The notes beneath the pieces were generated by a model. It was not told the origin of the DNA. It made no database searches and saw only the letters and a program-made list of their open reading frames with translations. The translations under genes were made by a program, and so were the position numbers. 64,000 nucleotides of DNA from assembly GCF_030684315.1 (NCBI RefSeq), contig NC_081363.1:40455254-40519253 (forward strand), given 5' to 3'. The stretch comes from Stegostoma tigrinum (Eukaryota). Within the stretch, counting starts at the first letter, position 1; every line of letters starts with the position of its first letter. Positions 14,475 to 28,600 of the stretch are shown piece by piece.

Positions 14475-16190
14475 AGAAAATTACTACAGATGCTGGAATT
14501 TGTCTTGGAAACCACACATGCTGGAGATCACAGCAGGTCAAGCAGCATTTATGAAGAGACAGCAAGCTAGTGTTTTGAGTCTACAGCATCTGCAGTTCTT
14601 TCGGTTTTTATTTTGAGACTAGATGACTTCATCAGAGTTGGTGAAGTGTGGAGGGGACGCCATTTACGCTATACAGCAGTTGGGAGGGGGAATGTGTGTG
14701 GGGCTGCTGGATTGTAGAGTGCTGATAAAGATGTTCATAGTTCAGATTAAGTGATTGGAATGTGAGAATGGGAAAATAATGGGGTGTCTGACTACCAGAC
14801 TTGAAAGAGGCAGACAGTCTCAATGGGGTGGGGTGAGGGGAGAGAGGACATAGTGATGGAAAATGTAATAAGGTAAAGGGGAAGAAATGGGAGAATGTAA
14901 CAAGTAAATGTAAGAGAAAGGGAAGAAATGTGAGTTGGTTCACAATTTGAAGGTGTTGAACACAATATTAAATCCAGAAAGCTATAAAGTCTGAAGATGA
15001 GATGTTGCCCCTCCAGTTTGCCCTGTAATTCGCTGGGGCACTGCAGCATGCCAAGGATAGAAAATGAGCATGCAAGGTGGACACTTAAAATGACTGGGGT
15101 CATGACTGTGTAGAGACCAGAGGCATTCTGCAAAGTGGTCACCCAGTCTATGTTTTGTTTTTCTAATGTAGACTAGGCCCCGTTGGACGCAGCGAATACA
15201 ATATACAAGATTGGAGGAGGTACAGGTGAAATGCTGCTTCACCTGTAAAGGCTGTTTAGGATGGTGGGCAGGCAGGAGGTGAAGGGGCAGGTGTTGCACT
15301 CTCTATGGTTACATGGGAAGGTGGTGTGGGAAGGGGGGGTGGTGTTGTTGGTCATGGATAGAACTAGGATGCTCTGGAAGGAATGGTGCCTGTGAAATGC
15401 AGACAGGGGGAGTGAGAGGAATATGTGTTTGGTGGTGACGTTCTGCTGGAGCTGCGTGAAATGCCGGAGAATGATCCTTTGAATGCAGAGGCTGGTGTGA
15501 TGAAAAGCCAGGATGAGGGGGTCCCGATCATGCTGTTGTGAGTGTTGGGAAGGGGCAAGGGCATAAGCACAAGTGATAGGTCAGACACAGTTGAGGGCAC
15601 AGTCAACCACAATGGGCAGGAAACCATGGGTGTAGAAGCAAGCCATGTCAACAAAACTGTTTTGGAAGGTGGCATCATCTGAACAGATGTGATGTAGGTG
15701 AAGAAATTGGGAGAATCTTGCAGGATGTGTGTGTGAAGAGCTGCAGTGAAGGTAGCTGTGGGAGTCAGTGGCTTTGTAGCAGATGGCAATGGACAGTTTA
15801 TTCCCCAAAATGGAGACAGTGAGGTTAAAGAAAGGAAGGCAAATGTCGGAAAGGGACAATGTGAAAATTATACAGGGGTAGAAATTGGAGGCAAAATGAA
15901 TAAATTTTTCAAGGTCACAGCTGGAACATGAAGCAGTACAGAAGCAGTTGTCAATGTACTGAGAAAAGAGTTTTGGGAGGGGGCCAGTGTAGGACTGGAA
16001 CAAGGATTGTTCCACCTACCCCATAAAGAGGCAGGCATAACTGGTATCCATGCAGGTGCCCATAGCCACACCATTGACTTGCCGACAGTGAGATTAATTA
16101 AAGAAAATATTGTTCAGTGAGAGAACAGGTTCAGCCAAGTGGAGGAGAACGGTAGTGGATGGGGAGTGTTCAGGGCTCTGGTCGAGGGAG
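14475..16190 (-). mobile_element. Degenerate Penelope-like element (RT, GIY-YIG, pLTR)
   Basis: Fragment ORFs: PKLFSQYIDNCF (degenerate YIDD) and NLVYCIRC...YIRKTKHRLGDHFAE. Many frameshifts. Confidence 0.85.
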
Positions 16191-17409
16191 AAGCTGTGAG
16201 CTCGCAGATCGTCTGTAGATTTTATGCTGCATTGCAGTGGAATGACCAAAGTAGAGATTATTGCAAAATTTCAAGAAATCTTCTGTAAACAATTCAAAAA
16301 TCATTATGGGGAGATGCCTTTGACATGAATAGAGTAAATTTAATGATAATTTATTCATGGCAAATACCACCATTGAAGTCAATTTGCTAGAATAGTGATA
16401 CAGCAATTCTTTCTTACAAAAGTCAATAAGCGAATCTAAAGTTATAATGCAGTTGCCCTTCATGAATTTTGAGCCAGTCATCTTTTTAATCAATTATGAT
16501 TCAGAATGAAATATAAAAGGAAGGCATGTTGTAAAGTGTCACATTTAAATAAGGTATTTAGACAATGGAAAATCTAGGTATATCAAATGTAACCCCTAAC
16601 TTTTGACTGCTTCTCAAAGCACTTCACCTTCATATCAATTTTAACTCCACTGAAAATGGTCCCAATGTGTAAATAACATAAAAAATTAAGCAAATTATTC
16701 ATGAAGTTCCATTGTACATCCAGATTGTTGATTCCTAAGTAAACATACAACCACTTAGTCTATTTTAATTACTATTTGTTATGATCCCCAAAGACATCAA
16801 CAAATCAAAAGAACCAAATTTACAGAAAGAACCCAGTGATAAACCAAGATTTCACCTTTTTTATAACTTTTACTTTAACAGTCAAACCAAAACCAATTTA
16901 AGTATGAATGAACAGGCAAATCACTACACTTACAAGTTTACACATTAAGCAACAGGTACAACAAATATAAATTTCACAGATTTAATAGGTATTCCACTCA
17001 GCATATATGGCACCAACTTCAGCCACAATATCCTACAAGGCTCTGATGTTCCTTAGGTAGAATTCTAGTTCCTTTTGTTCATGGATTTAACCACCAATTT
17101 TCATCCGACAGCAGCTACCATTGGACTTGAATTCCAGGAGCACAATCTTCAGTAAAATGTTATATTTTTTGAGATGCTTCCCAGCTCTGCTCTTACTGGT
17201 ACTTATCATGACTACTTACCACCAGATTCACTATGTGAACTGTCAACAACAACCCTGTGAACTGAATTGGGTCAATCATGTACTTTAAAGTAATGAAAAT
17301 GCAGCAGAAACCATATATTTTTGCTTAATTCTAACTCTCAGATCTGTCCTTCATATTTTTCTTTCCAATCATGTCCATAAGCTCTTCTTGTGTGCAAAAG
17401 CTGGTCACA

Positions 17410-18215
17410 GTTTTCTGAAAAGTAACAAAGAGGACTGATGAGGGCAGAGTCATGGACATCATCCATATGGACTTCAGTAAGGTGTTCGATGAGGTTCCTC
17501 ATGGTAGACTGGTTAATAATGTTAGTTCAGATGGAAGAGTGGGAGAACTAGACATTTGGATACTGAACTGGCTTAAACGTAGAAGAGGGAGGGGTTGGAG
17601 GGTTGATTCGCAGACTGGAAGGCCTGTGACCAGCAGTGAGTCACAAGGTGTTGGGTCAACAGCTATATAAATGATTTGGATGTGAACATAGGAGGTTTGG
17701 TTAGTAACTTTATAGATGACACCAAAATTGGAGATTAGTGGACAGCGATCTTGACCATTTGGGCCGAGGAACAGCAGATGGAGTTTGATTTAGATAAATA
17801 TGAAGTGCCTTGTTTTGGAAAGGCTAATCAGGGCAGGACTGAAACACTTAATGGTAAAGTCCTGGGGAGTGTGACTGATCAAAGAGACCCTGGAGAGCAG
17901 GTTCATAGTTCTTTGAAAGTGAATTTGCAGGTAGATAGGATAGTGAAGGAAGTGTTTGGTATGCTTGCCTTTACTTGTCAATACATTAAGCATAGGAGTT
18001 GCGAGGTCATGTTGTGGCCATGCAGGTCATTGGTTAGGCCACTATTGGAATGCTGTGTGTGTTTCTGGTCTCCCTGACGTATGAAAGATGTGGTGAAACT
18101 AGAAAGGGTTCAGAAGAGGTTTACAAGGATGTTGCTGGGGTTGGAGGGTTTGAGCGATAGGGACAGGCTGAATAGGCTGGGACTATTTTTCCTGGAGCAC
18201 TGGAGGTTGAGGGGG
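17410..18215 (+). mobile_element. CR1 RT fragment
   Basis: MDFSKVFDEVPHGRL and SLVRPLLECCVCFWSP motifs. Confidence 0.85.
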
Positions 18216-19115
18216 AAGATTCCCTCACATAAATCTTACTTCTGATGAGTTTCCTTCTCTAAGAAATAAAAGTATCTCATGTGATATAAAGGTTGAAAAC
18301 GTTAAGTTTCTCCTTTTATGTGAGAATATGTTTTCATAGAATACAATAAGAATTGGTTCTGATGAAGAGTCACCAGACTAAAACAATAAACTGTTTACTC
18401 CCCACAGATGCTGCTATACCTGCTAAGTTTCTTCAGCAATTTCTGCTTTTGTGTCTGATCTCCAGCATCCACAGTTCTTTGTTTTATTTTAATACAACAC
18501 ATTCAACCAGTTGCAAATAGTTGAATCCACATGACACAAAATACTATTAAAAAAAAGTTTATGCAGTTTAAACTAACAGTATAGAATAAAAAAAACGAAG
18601 TTTTTTTCAATAAAAACATCTGCATGTATCATAGTTGAACTTTTATTCAAATTCCATTCAAAAAGTTGCCATTTTGTTTGTGACATTAAAAAAGTCTAAT
18701 AATCCCAGGCTAGACTACTGAAAGTTTGAGTATTTGTTTCCTCATATCTGTATCAGAAAATAACCCATTAAACATTTCAGAGCTACATAAAATCTGAGAT
18801 GGATAATTCTGATAGTTATTAGTATTAACAAATAAATTTCACAAAATTAAAAAAGTTTCTTGCATGAAAAATAGCCATTAGCTCAAAGCAATTAAAATTA
18901 ACTTTAAACTAAGAATTTCCCACAATTTATGTTATTTGTTTTCATTTGAATATTTATGAATTCAAGCTTATAACAACAATAAAATTACCTCCACTTATCT
19001 GTAAAAATATAGTTACTCAACTTGGGTATGGGTGTCTCTTACTTCTTTATTTGCTATCAAATAGACTGGACTATTAGGATAGCCATCATCACAATATCGT
19101 AACAAGCTTGTAACT

Positions 19116-20531
19116 GATGTCCATTTCAAGCCCAGCGACTCCCACAGCTACCTAGAATACACCTCCTCCCACCACCCTCCTGCAAAAATTCCATCCCCTA
19201 TTCCCAATTCCTCCGCCTCCGCCGCATCTGCTCCCACGATGAGGCATTCCACTCCTGCACATCCCAGATGTCCAAGTTCTTCAAGGACCGCAACTTTCCC
19301 CCCACAGTGATCGAGAACGCCCTTGACCGCGTCTCCCGCATTTCCCGCAACACATCCCTCACACCCCGCCCCCGCCACAACCAGGATCCCCCTCGTTCTC
19401 ACACACCACCCCACCAACCTCCGGCTACAACGCATCATCCTCTGACACTTCCGCCATCTACAATCCTACCCCACCACCCAAGACATTTTTCCATCCCCAC
19501 CCCTGTCTGCTTTCTGGAGAGACCACTCTCTCCGTGATTCCCTTGTTCGCTCCACACTACCCTCCAATCCCACCACACCCGGCACCTTCCCCTGCAACCG
19601 CAGGAAATGCTACACTTGCCCCCACACCTCCTCCCTCTCCCCTATCCCAGGCCCCAAGATGACATTCCAAATTAAGCAGAGGTTCACCTGCACATCTGCC
19701 AATGTGGTATACTGCATCCACTGTACCCGGTGTGGCTTCTTCTACATTGGGGAAACCAAGCGGAGGCTTGGGGACCGCTTTGCAGAACACCTCCGCTCGG
19801 TTCGCAACAAACAACTGCACCTCCCAGTCGCAAACCATTTCCACTCCCCCTCCCATTCTTTACATGACATGTCCATCATGGGCCTCCTGCAGTGCCACAA
19901 TGATGCCACCCGAAGGTTGCAGGAACAGCAACTCATATTCTGCTTGGGAACACTGCAGCCCAATGGTATCAATGTGGACTTCACCAGCTTCAAAATCTCC
20001 CCTTCCCCCACCGCATCCCTAAACCAGCCCAGTTCTTCCCCTCCCCCCACTGCACCACACAACCAGCCCAGCTCTTCCCCTCCACCCACTGCATCCCAAA
20101 ACCAGTCCAACCTGTCTCTGCCTCCCTAACCTGTTCTTCCTCTCACCCATCCCTTCCTCCCACCCCAAGCCGCACCCCCATCTCCTACCTACTAACCTCA
20201 TCCCACCTCCTTGACCTGTCCGTCTTCCCTGGACTGACCTGTCCCTTCCCTACCTCCCCACCTATACTCTCTCCACCTATCTTCTTTACTCTCCATCTTC
20301 GGTCCGCCTCCCCCTCTCTCCCTATTTATTCCAGAACCCTCACCCCATCCCCCTCTCTGATGAAGGGTCTAGGCCCGAAACGTCAGCTTTTGTGCTCCTG
20401 AGATGCTGCTTGGCCTGCTGTGTTCATCCAGCCTCACATTTCATTATCTTGGAATCTCCAGCATCTGCAGTTCCCATTATCTCCGATGCTGCTGGGCCTG
20501 CTGTGTTCATCCAGCCTCACATTTTTTTACA
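19116..20531 (+). mobile_element. 5'-truncated Penelope-like element (RT C-terminus, GIY-YIG endonuclease, pLTR with hammerhead)
   Basis: ORF 19659-20129 has NVVYCIHC..CGFFYIGETKRRLGDRFAEH (GIY-YIG). CpGs are retained, suggesting a young copy. Partial tandem pLTR at the 3' end. Candidate TSD TTGTAACT at 19108-19115 and 20532-20539. Confidence 0.92.
20355..20386 (+). ncRNA. Minimal type I hammerhead ribozyme motif in PLE pLTR
   Basis: ct-CTGATGA-A-GGGT(CTAG)GCCC-GAAA-C-GTC-ag: both conserved core boxes, stem II and a GUC cleavage triplet. Stem I is only 2 bp and stem III has no loop. Confidence 0.8.
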
Positions 20532-21146
20532 TTGTAACTATCGAGATGGCTTTCTATTACCATACAGCCACATTTGACCTTGCTAGCATTGCTCACAATC
20601 CCAGGAACAAATTTAAATAACATACACAGCAAGATATATCTTTCACTACGTAAAGAACGTTATCTACGTCACAACTTCCCTCCTGCACAATATGAGTGCC
20701 CTCTAGTGGTCATCTTTGTAGCACACCTTGGGAACTGCAAATTTTTTCTCCCCTCAATCATTTCATGCCCTTGAAGGGAAAACTTAGTTGGAGTCTTGAC
20801 CAAAGCAAGATAAAGCAATTCATTACGAACTTAATCAGAATTAATGATGATGTTTCAAGTCCTCAGAGGAGATGGTGTAGGAAAGAATGTAAATTACACT
20901 TTTATTCAAAGAATTTGAAATAAATGTTTTCTCTATTTTGCATTCAATAGTACTCACATGAACAAATAATTGCAGTCCCCATACAGGACGTAACTTCTGC
21001 TAATGTTGAATGGAAAATTTCAGAAAGCAGCAATTTATGTAAGTGCAAGTATGCCGACTAGCTGTTCTGTAAATGTTTTAGCTGTTGCAGGAAGTGTCGC
21101 TAGAGAGGGTTATCTTGAAACAAAAACAGAGTGCTTAAGACATTCA

Positions 21147-21424
21147 GAGATAATGGGAAGTGCAGTTGCTGGAGAATCCGAGATAACAAAGTGTGGAGCT
21201 GGATGAACACAGCAGGCCAGGCAGCATCAGAGGAACAGGAAAGCTTACATTTTGGGTCAATGCCCTTCTTCTAAAGATAGCAAGAGCTGCAGATGCTGGG
21301 GTCAGAGATAACAAAGGGTCCTGACCCAAAACGTCAGCTTTCCTGTTTCTCTGATACTGCCTGGTCTGCTGTGTTCCCCACACTTTGTTATCTCTAATGC
21401 CAGCATCTGCAGGTCTAGCCATCT
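21147..21424. mobile_element. Mini fold-back PLE-pLTR element (composite)
   Basis: Minus arm, a short extra minus fragment and a plus arm of the same pLTR. TSD not resolved. Confidence 0.8.
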
Positions 21425-22329
21425 AAGAAAACCACGCAGGCTGGGGGAAGGTGGAGGAAACAAAATAGATTTTATGGTCTAAAATTGAACTCAATGTGAG
21501 TACAGAAGTTGTAAAGTGCCTAAACAGAAAATGAAATATTACTCTTCCGGCTGGCTTTGGGCTTCATTGAAACACTACAGCAGACCTAAGGCAGAAATGA
21601 GTGCATGGGAATAAGATGGTGTAAACAGTAAACAACTGGAAAGTCAGGATCGTGCTTGCAAACTGAGTGAAGGTGTTCTGCAGAATAGTCACCAATCTTC
21701 ATTGATTTACCTAGATGTCTTTAAATTTATTTTACTATGTCACTCCTCACAATGCAGTCTCCTCTAATCCGTGGAGATTAGACACAGACTGGGTGAAGCT
21801 TTAACGGCCTATTTACCCATTTAGAAATAACAAATGCTACAACGCTGATTCACCAGAATGGTTGGTAAAAAACTAGTTGTGAGGAGAAACATGAAATCTT
21901 GAACTACTTCCAACGCAGCAGAGAAAGGCAAGACAAAATAAAGATTTGTAAAATAATTTTAAAAATTGGGGAAAGATAAGCTCCTTTGATTGAGAATCCC
22001 TATAGTGCAGATCGAGGCCATTTAGCCCATTGAGTCTGTACCCATTACCCCACATTTACCATGACTAACCTACCTAGCCTGCACATCCCTATACACTGCA
22101 GGGCAATTTAGCATGGTTAACCTACCTAACTTGCATATTTTTGGACTGTGGGAGAAAACCCTTGCAGACGCAGGAAGAATTTATAATCACCTAGAGCTGG
22201 AATCAAACTTGGATGCCTGGCATCTTAAGGCAGCAGTTACTACAGTACAGAAGTTATTGCTTTGTTGTTATTAATTTTAAATTTTCAATAAATAGTGAAG
22301 GTCTAAAAACACATCTAAACAAAGAAGGG

Positions 22330-22527
22330 ATAGTAAGAACAGCAGATGCTGGAGTCAGAGATAACACAGTGTGGAGGCTGGAGGAACAAAGCAGGCCAGG
22401 CAGCATCAGAGGAGCAGGAAAATTGACATTTCAGGTTGGGAGAAGGGTCATGAACCGAAATGTCATTTCTCCTGCTCCTCTGATGCTGCCTGGCCTGCTG
22501 TGCTCCTCCAGCTCCATACTGTCATCC
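22330..22527. mobile_element. Mini fold-back PLE-pLTR element
   Basis: Inverted arms. TSD CTA(A/C)ACAAAGAAGGG at 22315-22329 and 22528-22542. Confidence 0.87.
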
Positions 22528-23718
22528 CTACACAAAGAAGGGTTGCTGAAGCACAGAATGTTTTACACATTGAATGGTTAAGGCAGAGTCTATTCCACTT
22601 ATTAAGGGTATACTCAGTAAATATCTGAAGTCAAAAAAGATATGGGGAAAGAGACTGCTGTTCTTAAACTTGAGAAGGTGCAGAAAAAATTGCACTGGAG
22701 GATTTGAGTTATATGGAGAGGCTGAATAGGCTGAGGCATTCCCCCCCCCCCAGAGCACTGGCGATTGAGGGGTGATGTTATAGAGGTTTATAAAATCATG
22801 AAGGGCACGGATATAGTGAATAGCCAAGATCTTTATCCTAGGGTGGGGGAGTCCAAGACTAGAGGGCATAGATTTGTGGTGAGAGGGGGCAAAATTTAAA
22901 AAGGTCCTGTGGGTAACATTTTCATGCAGAGGGCAGTACATGTATGGAACAAACTGCCAGATGAAATGGTGGAGATTTGTACAATTGCAACATTTAAAAG
23001 GCATCTGGATGGGCACATGCATAAGGAAGGGTTTAGCAGGAAATGAGCCAATTGCTGGTAAATGGGACTAGGTCAGACTGGGATGTTTGGTCACTGCAGA
23101 CATGTTGGATTGAAGAATTTGCTTCTGTGCTATATGACTCTATGGTAGTAGCATTTGTTTGGCATTGCTTTTAATGAAAAACTGGTTGTCACAATAAGTC
23201 AAAGCCTTTCATGTTATAATCACACACAGTAGTCATACAAGCTCTTGTGGATTATCTACTTATGCCTTTTTGAGTCAACTGAAGAGATCCCCACACAACT
23301 TTACATGTAACTTGAATATAGTCATATTTGGTATTGGAGCACAGACCTCATTCAGAACATTGTAGGCTTTACCACATTCTAGCTCTTTCATAATCTTTCA
23401 GGTAACATATTAAACAGAAACACTGCCTAAGTAGAACAGTAAAAGGCTATTATGCATTAATGTGTCAGCTGTTTTGATTTTGTACAGAAACCTGAAGGGT
23501 TTCTTCACCAGAAGGAGAAGCAGTGGCCTAGCACTCAGTATCAGACTGCCCAGATTCATAAATATTCTTACAGAAGTTTTGAGGAGGGGTCACCGGACCC
23601 GAAACATTAAGTCCAATGCTTTCTTCGCAGATGCTGCGAGGCCTGCTGAGCTTTTCCAGCAACTTTAGTTTTTGTTCCTGATTTACAACATCCACAGTTC
23701 CTTCAGTTTTTAAACAGG

Positions 23719-24420
23719 TTATGGATGGAGCAGTTATATTTGCAGTTAGGAATAAGCCAAACTACACAGCACAATGCTGCTTGCTTCAGACTCGTATCAC
23801 ACAATCCTTTAAACTTTAGCTGGTATGGTCTTAACCCAATGTTTTATTTCATCTCCCACAGGACTGATCATTGCTGCCTGTGATAGTGATCTGCATTCCT
23901 GAAATAATGCAGCTCATCTTGTGTAGGCACACCCTAAATGATGTTAGGGAGTGCCATAATTCTGATCCAGCATTAGTGAAGTATTGGCAATCTAGTTCCA
24001 AGTCAGGATGGTATGTGGCTTATGGAGGAACTTGTAGGTGGCCTTTCTATCATAAGGATCCAAAATACCCAAGGGCAGAGGGTGAACTTGCTTGGAAAAT
24101 GTCCAGAAAAATTCAATCACAGAGCTTAGCTGATCAGAGAAAAGTCACCCTTGTAAGTAGAAGAGACAGAATTGTTGAGGAGCTGATTCTTTCACATATG
24201 CTGCAAATGGGCTTATCAGCAGGAAAGGTATAGCCTGTGATTGCAAATGAGCTCTATTATCTGAAGAATTTGAAACAGTACAGAACACAACATTGCAATT
24301 ATCTGCAAACATCCCCACTTCTGGACCTTATTATGGATGGAGCAGTTATATTTGCAGTTAGGAATAAGCCAAACTACACAGCACAATGCTGCTTGCTTCA
24401 GATTCGTATCACACAATCCT
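23719..24420 (+). repeat. 90-bp dispersed direct repeat (23719-23808 and 24331-24420)
   Basis: ttatggatggagcag...cacacaatcct, 1 mismatch in 90 bp. Confidence 0.93.
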
Positions 24421-25699
24421 CTAAAAAAAGTTTTGTCTTGTGGCTCAGTGCCTTGGATGGTTAAACAATAAATTGGCAGAAGATCATACAAAGTTTTATT
24501 CTATTTTATTTGCCAAATTATTCTATTTAATACATTCACAGGAACACTGAATTAGGTTTCAGTTAAGACAAACAAGAACATGCAGTTAATCAATCAAAGC
24601 TTCAACAGCATTTAATTTTAACACGATTCAACAAGAAATACAATAGTAAATACACTCTTGAACCTGGCAGGACTGAATTATTAGACAGCACAGACAAAAG
24701 GGATCAGCAAAACAAAACACCAAAATAAATGGCAGAACTATCTACAAAATGAAAAGCTAGTCATATCCTATTTCAACAAAGGCAAATTGAGAGCATTCAC
24801 TCTTACTCAATTCATCCATAAATCAGTGCGTGGTACCACACGATCTTGAGTACAACAAACTGAACTGTACAAATCCATTATATGATGTGGAAATGAATTG
24901 TGCCAATAAACAATGCATCCTGGTGGCTTTAAAGGATGGTCAAACCTGCAAACATGGGTGTCTTGTGCATTCTCCACAACGCCATGACTCAGCCCTGAAA
25001 ATCTAACTGTCTCAGGTACATTAGTACAAAAGCAAAATACTGCAGATGATGAAATTCGGAAGTAGAAAATAGGCAGATTACTAATCATCTGAAATATTAA
25101 TTCTACTTTTGTCTCTGTAAACGCTGCCAGAACTATTTCCAGTATTTTGTTTTTAATTCACCAGTTTGTCACATTTACATTTCAAAACCGTAAATTTAGA
25201 CAAGGCTGTAATAAACATACCGATGCATAAATTCTCAAGCAGGACACCAACGTTTTATCTTAAACAAGTTACACATAGCATCTTAAAAAATACCAATGTA
25301 ACTCCAAACAAACATCTGAACACCTTTTACACTCCCATTTTTCATTCTATGTTTATTTAGCCACAATTTCAATGATGTTAGTCTCCTCAGAATACATTAA
25401 CCAAACAGCTTCACTTTTCATCTTAGCTACAGGATTTGGCATTATGGGCAGGGTCAGATTTTAACATCACTATCAATCACCTTCTTCATCATTCATTGCA
25501 TGTGGCAATTGTGTAGGAATACTGGCCACACAGTTATGAAGGAAAGGTAATATTTATTCAAGTTAGGCTAATGTCTGGAGATGATGTCATTCCCAGATAC
25601 CCACTACCCTTTTCCTTCAAGATGGTGGAAGTCACAGTTTTAGGGGCTTTGCTGAACAAGCTTTGGCAAGTCATTGGAGTGCACGGAGTATGTGGAACA

Positions 25700-28600
25700 C
25701 ATTACAACCAGAGTACGCTGCTAATAGTGGGACGGCACCTAATTCCTTAGTTTACATATGGCAATTTAACATGAATTTAAAACATTGAGTAGCTTTTTAA
25801 AACAATTCACAATTTTGCTCAATGCTAGTCCCTAAAGGTTAGCTAGAAACTAAAGTTAATTTCATTGGGCTGCTTTTGTTAGCCAAAGAAAAATTGAGTG
25901 TTTTTCCAAATGCAATTATTTCTGTTGCTCAGATATGCTAATAAAATTCTACTGTAATTATAGATTATAATCTTTGTCAAACAAGTTGAGAAACTTCAAA
26001 TTTAAGCCAAGTATTTGAATTGAGAAGTTGTTATTTATTTCAAACAAATCAATTATAAATACCCTATTAACATTATCATCATTCCAAAGAAAACATAAAA
26101 TGCCGATCTGTAACATTTAAATGCTACAGTTACCATGAATCTTTAGTAGTAATATTTAAATAAACATTGTTTGTTGATGATACAAAGTGATTAGAGAAAC
26201 TTCTTAAAAAGTTTTTGGAAATACCTTGCATCTTAAAAGAAATCACATGGAGGATGAAACTTATCTACAGCACAAACAGATTATGCAAAGGATTATATTT
26301 TTAAATATAATCATCCCATAAAGCAAAAGTTCACATTGTTATTGACCACGAGGACCCTTGGAAAAATGTAATTATCAATAAGACGCTTACTGAAACTTTA
26401 TCTGGTATTTCAATTAAATTTGCTATAATCAGTAACTTTAGAAGCATATGCATTACAAAATCAATTGAGCAAATGTTAACAACTTTGTTTGCCAATTCAA
26501 ACAAAAAAATTCTGTTCAAGTTTATTTTTTTCAAAAAATTATGCAAGTTGGTGCCATTTAACATTAATATTGCACAGTTGTTGTAAGGCAAACTTTGAAC
26601 TGTTGATTTAAATTACATCCATCCAATTGATCAAAGAAATTACAATAAATTGATACATTTATGAAAAGAGAACCGCGAGTGACAGTGGTCCTTCATGCAT
26701 CCAATATTTTGATAGGAGATTAAACATGGTGTAAAAAGAAACAAACATATATTGCGGGTACCAGGATCAGTTTCTGAAGATTTCTTTATGACACAATAAT
26801 ACTGTGCTACAAATCTGCATTATCCTTACATGTTACTTTAAAATCACAGTGTTTAGGTACTGAAATTTTTGACCCATTACAAAACTAAGGCATTTAACGA
26901 CACATCTTCAGCAATTGCATAGCACAGGTATTGAGATACAGTTGAACTCAAAGAGCAAATTTTAAGCAATTTATGATTGATGTGTTTCTCTTTTTAGAAA
27001 GAAGAGCATGTTATTATTTACAAAATACATAGGTGCAGGTCAAGCATGCAGCATGAAGGTCAAGCTATTGCAAATCAATCCTGTGATTTAAATTGCAGCT
27101 ATATCCAGTTTAATTTTATTCCACATTAGGGATGCAGCATACTGAAAAGGGAATATCAACTGTCACTAAAAACAAAAATTTAATAGGCTTCATACAAATG
27201 CATTTTTCAAGAACAGCTTGGCTTATTTGTTTTTAATTGGAAAGTAAAAACATTGTTGAATTTATATACCTCTGATTATAAATGCAAATTGATATTGCTC
27301 TATTTGCTTTACTGCCCTCACCCATTTCAAACACCAGTGATGTTTTCAACTGTAATTCTCAATCCCTATAATTAATGCGTGATATTTTAGGTTTAAACTA
27401 TACTCAAGACAACTGTTGATTACGTCAATATTCAGTACTAACAATTAAAAGTTAACTAATGACATGTATCATCAATTTCTGGATATACTGGGGTCACATT
27501 GTTACATAATGCATTTGATACAACAAATTGAATCAGCTTTTGCAGGATGACGACAGCCATGATGCATACAGTGTGACACTATTTTATGGATTGATTGATT
27601 TATTGATTTGAATAAGGGCATTGCAAATAATGCGCTTTTGGTTTGCCTTAACTAAACTGTACAATTAACTTTCTTAACCCTCGTCTCATTCACTGGGAAG
27701 TGTATAATATTTATTCATTATTGTATGATGTAAATAAACTATGAAAAACATTGGAGCCACTATCAAGTTGGGCCAGAATAAAACCTTCAAGTTTTTCAAA
27801 CTTTCTTTGCTAAATCTTGGAATAAGCATTGAAATAATTATACTTACCAAACCCCAATTGTGTTCAAAAAGTAGCCAGTCAACCTTAATTCAATTTCAGA
27901 AAAATTGACATATTCAAATACTTTCATTGAATTTCAATGAATACTTTCATTGAGTATTATTTGGCATTACTCAAACCGCACTTTGAAGAAGTATAAATGC
28001 TCATACAGAACTTTTCTATCTATAATGCATTTATATAAGCCAATTGTCTGACTCTCAAAAATTGTGGAAGGATTCTCAACTGCAGTGTGCAAATGTTTGA
28101 GAAAATATTTCCAGGCAGGCAGACAACATGTCAAAAATCATTGTCAGGTCTGCGGATCAAGTCTTTAACACTAACACTCAACTATTTTACCTTCAAAATC
28201 ATCCAGCACCTTTGTATGTTATTTGTTCAACACAGATGGATTTTTAGGGGAAAGCAAGAAAGCCGGGGGATAACATGCTAGCATGGTAAATGTCTAATTT
28301 AACGCTTTCTCAAAATTTTCTCTGACATACGCAGCTTATTTCTTGCATTTCTGGGTTGCTTTCCAGATTACTGCATGACTGCACAAATTAAACAGTCTGT
28401 TGCTTGTGCGTGGCCTGTTGTTCCATGAACTATGCATTTTTGTGGTTACACAACTACACGCAGGAGTGTGCAGAGGGAACACAGGAGACTGATTTCATGG
28501 CAGTAGGTATAAATACACATACAAATTAAAAAAAAACAAACAGGGTGCTCACTTTCAGCACTCCATATTAATTATCAATGAAATGGTCTGCTTGCAGTTT

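Noticed and set aside
16170-16493. 107-aa minus-strand ORF
   Set aside because: Non-ATG start, AT-rich, no motif, and it ends inside a PLE relic; possibly conserved non-coding DNA but not testable here.
16777-17409. Possible solo LTR (TGT...ACA)
   Set aside because: No TSD, no second copy and no internal domains to support it.
1-25000. TRMT61A or CKB exons expected from human synteny downstream of BAG5
   Set aside because: No recognisable peptide motifs found by eye; small exons could have been missed.
28544-28575. Resemblance to the U6 snRNA 5' end (gtgctcactttcagca...catat)
   Set aside because: Short, with several mismatches and no ACAGAGA box; compatible with chance.
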